Shown here: positions 16,125-24,040 of the stretch, in pieces | How positions within the stretch are numbered: position 1 is the first letter of the stretch | Layout of the letters: every line of letters begins with the position of its first letter | Origin: Candidatus Altimarinota bacterium | GTDB lineage: Bacteria; Patescibacteriota; Gracilibacteria; UBA1369 | Direction of reading: 5' to 3' | Length of the DNA stretch: 32,000 nucleotides | Assembly: GCA_041659405.1 (NCBI GenBank) | Contig: JBAZYK010000001.1 | Location: 60,001-92,000, forward strand | Translations under genes and position numbers: made by a program | Notes under the pieces: generated by a model | What the model saw: only the letters and a program-made list of their open reading frames with translations | Database searches by the model: none | What the model was told of the DNA's origin: nothing

Positions 16125-16910
16125 TTAAGCGCACGGCACCGCCTGTTTCCAGCTCAACTCAAAAATAATATTGCGAAAGAAATCGGCAATGTCCGGATTT
16201 TGAATGATGGTGCAGGTCATTTGGCTTTCAGTGTAGGACATGAGCGCCACTTTGTCGTCCCAGTTAAAAAACCCGGAAGTCCATTTTAGTTCTGCCGGAA
16301 GCAATCTGACTTCAATTTTGTATTCCTTGGCTTTTTTGTTGACCCTGGTGGCAAAGTCACATGGTGGAAAAATCAGCTTGGTATAAATGTTTTTGGCTCC
16401 TCTGCGCGCAAAATAATTTTCCAGATAAGCCGGTTCCAGCAGTTTGGAAAATATGTCCACATAAGTAAAAACCCGCACGCCGTTTTTGGCAGTGAGAGTT
16501 TCTTCCAACATCTTTTTAAAGCCATCAACGCCCTCATAAAATTTTACGGTCGGCACACTTCGACTGACATTTTTCACCGAATTTAAAATTTTCGTAATAT
16601 AGTCCAGATTTGATTCCATCAGCTTCAACTCATTATATTTAGTCTGAAGTAACCGTTTTAAAATATCGGGATCTTCCGCTGCAATCAGGCGTCTTTTGCC
16701 CTTCAAAGTTTCAAACAATAGACCTTTTTTAAGGAGTTCCTTAACCGCACTATGGCAAGTTATGCGATTCAAATTTAACTTTGCGGACACTTCCATGACC
16801 GTAGTAGTTCCAAGCTCCAAACATTCAACATAAATAGAAGCTTCGGTCTGATTGCAGCCGAACTGTTTTAATTGTTGAAAGATCCGCTGGAGATCGACTT
16901 TATTGAGCAT
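16125..16910 (-). CDS. TrmB-family transcriptional regulator (winged HTH + C-terminal effector-type domain)
   Basis: The N-terminus LKQFGCNQTEASIYVECLELGTTTVMEVSAKLNLNRITCHSAVKELLKKGLL matches the TrmB-type wHTH pattern (L..lGL...Ea.vY..LL..G..ta.eia...g..r..vY..l..L..kGlv). The 261 aa length is typical. Confidence 0.8.
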   Translation of the reverse strand: MLNKVDLQRIFQQLKQFGCNQTEASIYVECLELGTTTVMEVSAKLNLNRITCHSAVKELLKKGLLFETLKGKRRLIAAEDPDILKRLLQTKYNELKLMESNLDYITKILNSVKNVSRSVPTVKFYEGVDGFKKMLEETLTAKNGVRVFTYVDIFSKLLEPAYLENYFARRGAKNIYTKLIFPPCDFATRVNKKAKEYKIEVRLLPAELKWTSGFFNWDDKVALMSYTESQMTCTIIQNPDIADFFRNIIFELSWKQAVPCA

Positions 16911-16923
16911 AAAATGGTTTATT

Positions 16924-16952
16924 TACATTAAATGTAGAATATTTTTCTACAT
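16924..16952. promoter_or_regulatory. Overlapping inverted repeats (candidate operator) in the trmB-like / Cys-rich gene divergent region
   Basis: A 13-nt palindrome TACATTAAATGTA at 16924..16936 overlaps an 8-bp inverted repeat, ATGTAGAA (16932..16939) N5 TTCTACAT (16945..16952). This gives three TACAT/ATGTA half-sites, 14-42 nt upstream of the regulator ATG (16910). Confidence 0.45.
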
Positions 16953-17035
16953 ATATATTATATTATATAAATCCTTTGATCAAGCCAATAAATGGACTTA
17001 CCACACTGTTGATTTGATGATTTGTAGCATGTTAA

Positions 17036-17063
17036 TTGACTAAAATCCTCATTGGATTATGAT
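17036..17063 (+). promoter_or_regulatory. Candidate promoter TTGACT-16-TATGAT for the Cys-rich protein gene
   Basis: TTGACT at 17036..17041 and TATGAT at 17058..17063. The predicted start near 17070 supports ATG 17100 rather than the track TTG at 17052. Confidence 0.5.
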
Positions 17064-17099
17064 GTTGACGTAATCAATATTTCATTTCTTTGTATATTT

Positions 17100-18074
17100 A
17101 TGCCATTCATTCAAGAATTTCAAAATTTGCTTCTGACCAAACCGCGCTTCAACTTAAAAAGCGTGATGGCGGAAAACTGCGATTATGCCGATACCGCCGT
17201 GAAATCAAAAAATTGTTATTACAGTTTTGGGACTTTCTACTGCGAAGATGTCTACTTTGCCCGCTACTCCCGCAAGTGCAGCAACAGTAGCGGTCTAACC
17301 TTCTGCATGAACTGCGAGTGGTGCTCGGAATGCATTGATTGCGTAAACTGTTACATGGCCGATTATTGCCAGGATTGCAGCAACTGCGCCGAAGTCCAAT
17401 TTTGCCAGGACTGCTTTGGCTGCAAAAACTGTTTCGGCTGCGTAGGCTTGTATCAAAAGCAATATTGTTTTTTCAATAAGCAATTATCAAAAGAAGAATA
17501 CGAAAGAAATGTGAAAGCATACCAAATTCAAAATACAACTTATCACCCTACGATTCGTGCGAAAATGCGGGAAATCAAAAAAACAATCCCGCAAATTGGC
17601 ATCCACCAGGTCAAAACCGAGGACTGCGTTGGTGATCACATTACCGAAAGCAAAAATTGTTATCAGTGTTACGACATTTTTGCCTCCGAGGATTGTTTTT
17701 ACAATATTGAAGCCAACGGTAATAAAGATTCGTGCGATATTACGGTTTGTTTTGAGACGGAAGCCTGTTACAGCTGCGTACAATCGCCACTGAATTATAA
17801 CTGCAATTTTCTTTTTCAGGTCGATAATTCAAGCGATAGCGAATTTTGCGCCTACTCACGCAAACTAAAAGACTGCTTTGGCTGTGTGTATTTGGAAAAC
17901 AAGGAATATCACATCTTAAACAAGCCATATTCGCCCGAAGAATATAAAAAAGAAGTTCAAAGAATTAAGGCGGAACTTCAAAAATCGGGACAATATAATA
18001 TGAATCTTTTTCTGGTCAGCGATTACGAAAAAAAGCGAATTGCTACCGAAACTGATTCGGTGATAAGTCCTTAG
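17100..18074 (+). CDS. Cytoplasmic cysteine-rich repeat protein, internally duplicated (31 Cys in 324 aa)
   Basis: No signal peptide. Contains a run of CxxC ladders (FCMNCEWCSECIDCVNCYMADYCQDCSNCAEVQFCQDCFGCKNCFGCVGL). Its two halves end in related modules: CFGCVGLYQKQYCFFNKQLSKEEYERNV and CFGCVYLENKEYHILNKPYSPEEYKKEV. I cannot name a family. Confidence 0.7.
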   Translation: MPFIQEFQNLLLTKPRFNLKSVMAENCDYADTAVKSKNCYYSFGTFYCEDVYFARYSRKCSNSSGLTFCMNCEWCSECIDCVNCYMADYCQDCSNCAEVQFCQDCFGCKNCFGCVGLYQKQYCFFNKQLSKEEYERNVKAYQIQNTTYHPTIRAKMREIKKTIPQIGIHQVKTEDCVGDHITESKNCYQCYDIFASEDCFYNIEANGNKDSCDITVCFETEACYSCVQSPLNYNCNFLFQVDNSSDSEFCAYSRKLKDCFGCVYLENKEYHILNKPYSPEEYKKEVQRIKAELQKSGQYNMNLFLVSDYEKKRIATETDSVISP

Positions 18075-18180
18075 AACAGGGCATAATGCCGATGCGCGTA
18101 CGTATGCGGGTGCGCTGAAATTAAAAAACTCCGCACATAAAATTATATTCTCAAAAAATTTATTTATTTATTTCAAACTT

Positions 18181-18546
18181 ATGACAACGCAAAATCCCAC
18201 ACAGGCTGGCCAACAAAACGCTTTTCAATCACAACAAAATTCACAACAAACAACGCAGGGCGCGACTCAGCCAGAAGGCCAAACTCGTCTAAAATGCAAG
18301 AATCCGACTTGCGCAAAAGAATTTTTGGTCATCCCCCAGGAAAAAAACTTCTACATCAAAAAACAATTGCCTATGCCTGACTTTTGCCCGGCCTGCCGCC
18401 ATCAACAGCGCATGGCACTCCGCGCGGAACGCAAACTTTATTCACGTAAATGCGATAAATGCAGCAATTCGATGCTCTCAACTTATCCAAACGACGCTCC
18501 ATATAAAATTTACTGCCAAAAATGTTTCTGGGAAAATATTGGGTAG
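18181..18546 (+). CDS. Zinc-ribbon protein with four CxxC pairs and a Gln-rich N-terminus
   Basis: MTTQNPTQAGQQNAFQSQQNSQQTTQG..., then CKNPTC...(26)...CPACRHQQR...(17)...CDKCSNS...(16)...CQKCF, which is two predicted Zn ribbons. Confidence 0.7.
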   Translation: MTTQNPTQAGQQNAFQSQQNSQQTTQGATQPEGQTRLKCKNPTCAKEFLVIPQEKNFYIKKQLPMPDFCPACRHQQRMALRAERKLYSRKCDKCSNSMLSTYPNDAPYKIYCQKCFWENIG

Positions 18547-18570
18547 CCAATGGCCTAAAAATCGTCCCTG

Positions 18571-20124
18571 CTACTCCTCAAACTTGTAGGTCATGTTTGG
18601 GTCAAGGTTGAATGTGTCTCCTTTATCGTGAGAAGTTGCCTTGCGAATAATGACGTCGGTAAAAGATTCGGCGTGATTTGGAGTGGTCTTTTCAACCGAC
18701 TCTTCCTCTTCACCATCATTTGGAAATTTCTTTTCAAGATTGAATTCCGGTAAAACCGCCGCTTTTTCAACTTCCGGTTCCGGCTTTGGCATAGCGGTAA
18801 ATCCGCTCATGAAATCGTTTGCTGTGGCAGTTGGATTGGCTTTTTCCGCTGGCGCTGATTGGCCTATTTGTCCAAACTGCGGGATTTGCCCAGTTTGCAT
18901 TGTTGGCCCGGGCATTTGTGCGCCCCCACCCAGTTGACCTGCTCCTGTAGCCTCCTCTTCCGTTTCTGATAATTTCAAATGTTCCTTTTGGAAAGCTTTG
19001 ATTTTTTCGATCACCATGGCTTCGGTTCCGGCAAGATCGTTGCTTTGAATTTTGAATCCTGCGGCTTGCACATGCCCTCCGCCGCCAAACATTCCGGCAA
19101 TTTTGCTGGCATCAATACTGGCTGAAGTCGTACGAACACTTCCGGAAATAACTCCATCCGTTTTTTGTTTCAATAATAAAACAACTTCCGTCCCCGGTGC
19201 ATTTGTAAGAAGTTCGTCAATAATTCCACCTGTTTCATCTTCGCGACTTTCGGTATCGGAAAAATCTTTCAGACTTAAAGTTGTCCAAACAAATCGGTAT
19301 TTTTGGTCCAGTTTAATATTGGTCAAAATGCGACCCCAAAGCCGTAAAGTGGATAGATGCTTGGTCTTAAAAACGTGTTTAATAATTTCCTGTTGGCGCG
19401 CTCCATATTTAATCAATTTCGCAGAAGCGGCAAAAGATCTTGGCGTGGTATTGGCGTTTTGGAAACTGCCTGTATCGGTAATAATTCCAGCCAATAAAAG
19501 TGTAGCTACATCTTCATCAAATAATTCCACATTAGTGCGCTGTTCCATTTCTTCGATCAATGGCAAAAGGATTTCTGTTGTAGCAGAAGCCATAATATCG
19601 ACCAAATTTATTTTTCCAAAATTATCATTGGAAGCGTGATGATCAATATTAATAACCGGCAAACTGGTAAAAAGTTCAGGATTGTCCTCATAAAAACGGC
19701 CGAGTTGAACAAGATCGCCGGTATCCACCGTAACAATCACGTCATATTTGCTTGGACCGTGGTGAAAAGAAACTTCATCGGCAGAAAATTGGCCTTTTTT
19801 GGCAGTGACAATAATATTAACTTTATTGTTTTCGAGTTTGGTTTTAATAGTGTCGATTTTGGCTTTGGCACAATCAATAGTCACAATAAAATCGGGCGAA
19901 GCGGTCAGATCTTCATGAATAACATTAGTCGTTGGAAGAAACTGAAAAGCTTCGGGAACAGGTTCCGGACTTACCACTGTCACTTCTTTGCCAAGTTTTT
20001 TTAGGATCAAATAAAGCGCTAAAGCGCTGCCCAAAGAATCGCCATCGGCAGGCGCAGAAGGCATAACCAGAATGCTCTTACTCTGCAATAAAATGTCGGT
20101 GATTTGTTTGCGAATTTGGTCCAT
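18571..20124 (-). CDS. DHH/DHHA1 family phosphoesterase (NrnA-like oligoribonuclease / pAp phosphatase) with a ~140 aa C-terminal extension
   Basis: DHH motifs: PADGDSLGS, VTVDTGD, NIDHHASN, AGIITDTGSF. DHHA1 motif: GGGGHVQAAGF. The core ends near residue 377 and is followed by a low-complexity Gly/Gln/Pro/Glu-rich tail. Confidence 0.85.
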   Translation of the reverse strand: MDQIRKQITDILLQSKSILVMPSAPADGDSLGSALALYLILKKLGKEVTVVSPEPVPEAFQFLPTTNVIHEDLTASPDFIVTIDCAKAKIDTIKTKLENNKVNIIVTAKKGQFSADEVSFHHGPSKYDVIVTVDTGDLVQLGRFYEDNPELFTSLPVINIDHHASNDNFGKINLVDIMASATTEILLPLIEEMEQRTNVELFDEDVATLLLAGIITDTGSFQNANTTPRSFAASAKLIKYGARQQEIIKHVFKTKHLSTLRLWGRILTNIKLDQKYRFVWTTLSLKDFSDTESREDETGGIIDELLTNAPGTEVVLLLKQKTDGVISGSVRTTSASIDASKIAGMFGGGGHVQAAGFKIQSNDLAGTEAMVIEKIKAFQKEHLKLSETEEEATGAGQLGGGAQMPGPTMQTGQIPQFGQIGQSAPAEKANPTATANDFMSGFTAMPKPEPEVEKAAVLPEFNLEKKFPNDGEEEESVEKTTPNHAESFTDVIIRKATSHDKGDTFNLDPNMTYKFEE

Positions 20125-20187
20125 AAACTAATTTGGGAGAACTGGAGATCCGAGAGGAACTGAATCCGGATTCGAATCTATCGGTTA

Positions 20188-20216
20188 ATTATAATATATT
20201 TTTCAGGATTGGTCAA
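20188..20216 (-). promoter_or_regulatory. Sigma70-type promoter TTGACC-17-TATAAT for the DHH phosphoesterase gene
   Basis: The reverse complement of 20188..20216 reads TTGACCaatcctgaaaaatatatTATAAT. This leaves a ~57 nt 5' UTR containing the perfect 12-bp palindrome GAATCCGGATTC (20162..20173). Confidence 0.6.
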
Positions 20217-20330
20217 TGGTGCGTTCTCTCTCATGTCAAATGCGACATAGCGAATTGATGGGAGTCTGCACGTAACACTTGCGTGACGAAGAGCCCACTT
20301 TAGCAAAGCAAAAGAACGAAAGCAATAGTC

Positions 20331-20367
20331 AAAAAAAACCTCTCCAATGAATTTTTCAAGGGAGAGG
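20331..20367 (-). terminator. Rho-independent terminator downstream of the acidic-protein gene
   Basis: The minus-strand transcript reads CCUCUCC-(15 nt loop)-GGAGAGG followed by UUUUUUUU. This is a 7-bp GC-rich stem (20339..20345 / 20361..20367) with a U-tract from 20331..20338, about 30 nt after the stop at 20397. Confidence 0.75.
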
Positions 20368-20396
20368 CTTTTGATAGTAGTGATCGAAGGAAAAGG

Positions 20397-20849
20397 TTAA
20401 GCTTTTACTTCAACTCCGTTTTTTGCTTCAGCGGCGGCTTCAGCTTCAGCCTTGGCTTGGGCTTCGTCTTCGGCTTCAGTAGTTAAAAAGTGAAATGCTG
20501 CCTCAAGGTCAGCTGGCATGGAAAGAAAATCTTTAGCCAATTTACCCGATCTAAAACACATATCATTATCATCAAATTCAACCACTCGATTTCCAACTTG
20601 AATGCTCATGGTTTGCACTCCTTTTACCCCTACATCCTGTAATTTTTTCATAATTTCTCCAGCGAACTCGGCTGGAGAGAGGTCTTCAGGTTGAGCGATA
20701 GCACCCATGGCGCTAGCTCCAATAGAAGCACTTTCTGTTCGTTCGGCAGCTGGACGTTCAGCGGTTAGTTGTTCATCGACTGAACTTGGGGCAACCACAT
20801 CTGCGCCATTTACTTCACCTGAAAGTTCTGGTTTTTGGGGATTAGACAT
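20397..20849 (-). CDS. Acidic hypothetical protein (150 aa) with an Ala/Glu-rich C-terminal tail
   Basis: ORF with its own terminator. Disordered N-terminal half, a short predicted folded core (EIMKKLQDVGVKGVQTMSIQVGNRVVEFDDNDMCFRSG), and the tail EAEDEAQAKAEAEAAAEAK. No family recognised. Confidence 0.55.
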   Translation of the reverse strand: MSNPQKPELSGEVNGADVVAPSSVDEQLTAERPAAERTESASIGASAMGAIAQPEDLSPAEFAGEIMKKLQDVGVKGVQTMSIQVGNRVVEFDDNDMCFRSGKLAKDFLSMPADLEAAFHFLTTEAEDEAQAKAEAEAAAEAKNGVEVKA

Positions 20850-20867
20850 GTATTTAAAATTATAGAA

Positions 20868-21032
20868 TTAATCACGCGAAACTATACTATTTACTGCAAA
20901 TATGTCAAGGGTTGCTTTTTCAAAAACTCCTGGTGGAGTAAGCTGCCGCGCTTCAGCCCGAGTAATCAGCGTTCCAATAAACGTGATTATTACGGCCTGT
21001 CCCAAAAAAAGTAAGGTGATAAGGAATTTCAT
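20868..21032 (-). CDS. Possible micro-ORF (54 aa) with an N-terminal transmembrane segment
   Basis: Below the ORF-track size cut-off; my own translation is MKFLITLLFLGQAVIITFIGTLITRAEARQLTPPGVFEKATLDIFAVNSIVSRD*. It lies between recJ and the acidic-protein gene on the same strand, and its 3' part overlaps candidate promoter motifs for the next gene. Confidence 0.3.
   Translation of the reverse strand: MKFLITLLFLGQAVIITFIGTLITRAEARQLTPPGVFEKATLDIFAVNSIVSRD
20881..20908 (-). promoter_or_regulatory. Candidate promoter TTGACA-16-TATAGT for the acidic-protein gene
   Basis: Reverse complement: TTGACA (20903..20908), a 16 nt spacer, TATAGT (20881..20886). A second TATAAT (20859..20864) lies 9 nt from the ATG at 20849. 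Confidence 0.4.
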
Positions 21033-21159
21033 AAATTGTGTTAGATGTAGATACCTTTAATAACGCGCATTCATAAAAAGCATTACAAAAAATCGCACTT
21101 TGATTTAGTGTGCAAGATATTATCCGACTGGTGGAGTTCTGTGAACTTGCGTTTCTTCT

Positions 21160-22902
21160 CTACTCCGCTGCCTTAAAATCGACTGCCCTTAGCTGTAAAT
21201 GGCTTGTGCCTTTCCAGTCGTTTTTTTCAAGATGGCAAACTAAATCAATTGGAGAGCCTTCGGCCAGCATGTTTTCGTGCTCACCCAATTTGAAGGCGAT
21301 TACCGGAATTCTTTTTACACTGCCCGAGTTTTGTCCCGAAATTTCGGCTTTAAAATGGAGGTGATTTTGCTCTTTGCCTACACGTTTTGGCAGAAGCGGT
21401 CGAACTCCACGAAATAAAAATAATGGCTGTTCATTGCTGACACCGAAAGGCTCCATCTGCTCCAAAAAAGTCATCAGATTTTCATTGATGTCATCCGCGG
21501 AAAGTTCACAATCAATATTTAAACTTGGGCGCACTGTTGCCATTGGCAGTTTTCCTTGGGCATAAGCGCTCATGGCCTCAATGAATCCTGGTAATTTTTC
21601 TTTGCGGATATTAAATCCGGCAGCCTGGGCATGGCCTCCAAAATGTTCAAGGTGGTCACGATGGGCTGTTAAAGCTTCAACCACATTAAAAAATTCCGGA
21701 CTGCGTGCGGAAGCCACTAAATAATCCCCAAAATCCTGAAGAATCATACTTGGCATTGTATATTTTTCGGCGATTTTTGCCGCAATCAATCCCAAAATCC
21801 CAACATGCCAATCAGGGCTTGAGGCAATGAAAATTTTGACTCCGTTACTTGTCTGGTTTGTGCCGTTTTTTAAATGGTCCTGATCTTTCTGAAATTGTTC
21901 TTCGGCTTCAATCATGGCTTTTATAACCATCTGCTGACGTTCCTGATTTAATTTTTCCAAATGCAGAGCCAGAAGTTTGCCTTTTGCCACGTCATCATTC
22001 AGCAAAAGTTGCAGCGCGTAATAAGGGTGATCAATGCGACCGGCGGCATTAAGACGCGGAGAAATGCGGAAACCAATCGTATTAATATCAATTTTTTCAT
22101 CAGGCAGAACACCGGAAAGTTCTTTTAAAGACTGCAATCCCGGCCATTTGGTATTTTTCAAAGCTTCCAATCCGTACTTTACAATAATGCGGTTTTCGCC
22201 CTGAAGCGGGCCAATATCGGCAACCGTTCCAAGACTCGCCAAATCGAACAATGAAAATAAATATTCATCGCGCTCTTCACCTTCAAACTTGTCGGTAATT
22301 AGCGCGGAAGCCAGTTTTAAAGCCACTCCTGCGCCGGTTAATCCCTTAAAAGGATAATTACAATCGGGCTGCCCGGGATGCAAAATGGCATAGGCCTGAT
22401 CAGGAATACTTTCCGGAATGGTGTGGTGATCCGTAATGATAACGTCAATACCGTGCATTTTGGCCAGCGCGATCTGGTTTTTGCAGGAAATTCCACAATC
22501 AACAGTAATAACAAGCGTGACACCGACCTTGGCAAAATCTTCAACAAAGGCGTTGCTTAAGCCATAACCATCTTTAACACGATGTGGTAATCGATATGAA
22601 ATTCGGGCACCCAAAATCTGCAAAGTTTTAACTAAAATCGCCGTTCCGCTGATTCCATCAACGTCATAATCGCCAAAAATAATAATTTTTTCTTTGTCGG
22701 CGATGGCTTTTTTAATTCTTTCCACGGCCCGGTCCATGTTTTTCATTACAAACGGGTTGTGAAAGCCCTTTTTGTAGTTTGGCGAAAGATACGCCTGAAT
22801 CTGATCTTTATCGGTTAATCCTCTGTTTGCCAATAATTTTTGGATCACGTTTTTTTCGGGATCGGCATTTTTGATATTCCAATTTTTGTTGAGGACGGAC
22901 AC
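21160..22902 (-). CDS. recJ: Single-stranded-DNA-specific exonuclease RecJ
   Basis: DHH motifs in RecJ order (IIIFGDYDVDGISGTA; VITVDCG; VIITDHH; DLASLGTVADI), DHHA1 GGHAQAAGF, and a C-terminal OB-like domain. 580 aa. GTG start at 22902. Confidence 0.92.
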   Translation of the reverse strand: MSVLNKNWNIKNADPEKNVIQKLLANRGLTDKDQIQAYLSPNYKKGFHNPFVMKNMDRAVERIKKAIADKEKIIIFGDYDVDGISGTAILVKTLQILGARISYRLPHRVKDGYGLSNAFVEDFAKVGVTLVITVDCGISCKNQIALAKMHGIDVIITDHHTIPESIPDQAYAILHPGQPDCNYPFKGLTGAGVALKLASALITDKFEGEERDEYLFSLFDLASLGTVADIGPLQGENRIIVKYGLEALKNTKWPGLQSLKELSGVLPDEKIDINTIGFRISPRLNAAGRIDHPYYALQLLLNDDVAKGKLLALHLEKLNQERQQMVIKAMIEAEEQFQKDQDHLKNGTNQTSNGVKIFIASSPDWHVGILGLIAAKIAEKYTMPSMILQDFGDYLVASARSPEFFNVVEALTAHRDHLEHFGGHAQAAGFNIRKEKLPGFIEAMSAYAQGKLPMATVRPSLNIDCELSADDINENLMTFLEQMEPFGVSNEQPLFLFRGVRPLLPKRVGKEQNHLHFKAEISGQNSGSVKRIPVIAFKLGEHENMLAEGSPIDLVCHLEKNDWKGTSHLQLRAVDFKAAE

Positions 22903-22942
22903 GGAAATTCAATTAGTGATTAGCAATTTTTCGATTTATGAT

Positions 22943-23890
22943 TTAGGAGATTGGATTTTTATTTCCCGAATCCTGTTTTTCCAATTCTGCGCCCTGAATC
23001 CAATGAATATTTTTATATTTTTTGAACCAGGTGAGCTGACGTTTGGCGTAATTGCGGGTATTTTGTTTGATTGTTTCAACCGCTTCTTCCAATGGGCATT
23101 CACCCCTTACAAAAGGGCCTAATTCTTTATAACCGAGAGAGGACATTGAAGGCAATGTTTCTTTATATCCTTTCAATAAAAGTGTTTTAAATTCATTCAA
23201 AAGTCCACGATTAATCTGATTATCCACACGCTGATTTATCCTTGCGTAAAGCTCTTCGCGCGGCCAGTCAATTCCGATCACAAAAACATTAAAAGCCGGC
23301 TCGCCTTTGGTGTCGATTTTGCGTGTGTTTCCGGCAAGATTAATTTCCAAAGCACGAATCACATAACGAATATTGTTGGGATGAATTCGTTTTGCCGCCT
23401 GTGGATCTTTTTCCTGAAGTATTTTATATAAAGCTTCAATGCCGTTTTTTTCGCAGAATTCAGTCATTTCCTGACGCAACTTTGGATTTGGCGGGACCTC
23501 GGGAATCTGATAATTTTGAATGATGGCGTTAATATAAAGTCCGGTTCCACCAACTAACATTGGAATGTGTTTGCGACGATAAATTTCATCGATTGTTTTA
23601 AGGGCGAGCCTTTTATAATCCGCGAGTGTAAATTCCTCGGTTGGTTCCAAAAAATCCAATAAATGATGAGGAACGCCTTCCTGCTGCGGTGGAAGAATCT
23701 TGTCCGTGCCAATATCCATGTATTTGTAAACCTGGCGAGAATCGGTGGAAATTATTTCTCCATGATAAAGTTTAGCTATTTTTAAGCTTAATGCCGTTTT
23801 TCCCGAGGCTGTTGGCCCTAAAACCACAATGAGCGGTTTTTTATTTTCAAGATTTTGGAGAAAATCTTGGAGTTCTTTAAAAATATCCAT
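22943..23890 (-). CDS. miaA: tRNA dimethylallyltransferase MiaA
   Basis: P-loop VVLGPTASGKTALS, then EIISTDSRQVYKYMDIGTDK, VPHHLLD, MLVGGTGLY, and YAKRQLTWF near the C-terminus. Confidence 0.92.
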   Translation of the reverse strand: MDIFKELQDFLQNLENKKPLIVVLGPTASGKTALSLKIAKLYHGEIISTDSRQVYKYMDIGTDKILPPQQEGVPHHLLDFLEPTEEFTLADYKRLALKTIDEIYRRKHIPMLVGGTGLYINAIIQNYQIPEVPPNPKLRQEMTEFCEKNGIEALYKILQEKDPQAAKRIHPNNIRYVIRALEINLAGNTRKIDTKGEPAFNVFVIGIDWPREELYARINQRVDNQINRGLLNEFKTLLLKGYKETLPSMSSLGYKELGPFVRGECPLEEAVETIKQNTRNYAKRQLTWFKKYKNIHWIQGAELEKQDSGNKNPIS

Positions 23891-24005
23891 TTGAATGTTG
23901 AGATTGTTGGTTAGATAGAGCCTGCTCTGCTAGCGGTAGCAATAAACACTTTGTCCATAGCGGACTGATTCTAGAGCTTTTATCTTCAATTGTCGACTAA
24001 TTATC

Positions 24006-24034
24006 TTGACAGGAATAGGAAATTTCCATATATT
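24006..24034 (+). promoter_or_regulatory. Near-consensus sigma70 promoter TTGACA-17-TATATT driving the rplJ leader
   Basis: TTGACA at 24006..24011, a 17 nt spacer, TATATT at 24029..24034. The predicted transcription start is near 24041, about 236 nt upstream of the rplJ ATG. Confidence 0.65.
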
Positions 24035-24040
24035 TTCCGG

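Noticed and set aside
19052-19639. Long antisense ORFs nested in real genes (e.g. 19052..19639+, 7145..7528-, 15187..15534-, 16050..16289+, 30902..31231-)
   Set aside because: Each lies fully inside, or antisense to, a gene with unambiguous homology motifs and has low-complexity or odd composition. These are typical shadow ORFs.
20155-20185. tRNA-like TTCGAATC string (GGATTCGAATCTATCGG)
   Set aside because: The flanking bases do not form a T-arm stem, and no acceptor, D or anticodon arms can be drawn on either strand.
23924-23977. Small cloverleaf-like fold (GCTCT...AGAGC closing two hairpins) between miaA and the rplJ promoter
   Set aside because: Stems of 4-5 bp with 4-5 nt loops do not fit tRNA geometry. 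There is no T-arm and no promoter or terminator, so this is likely chance structure or a protein-binding palindrome.
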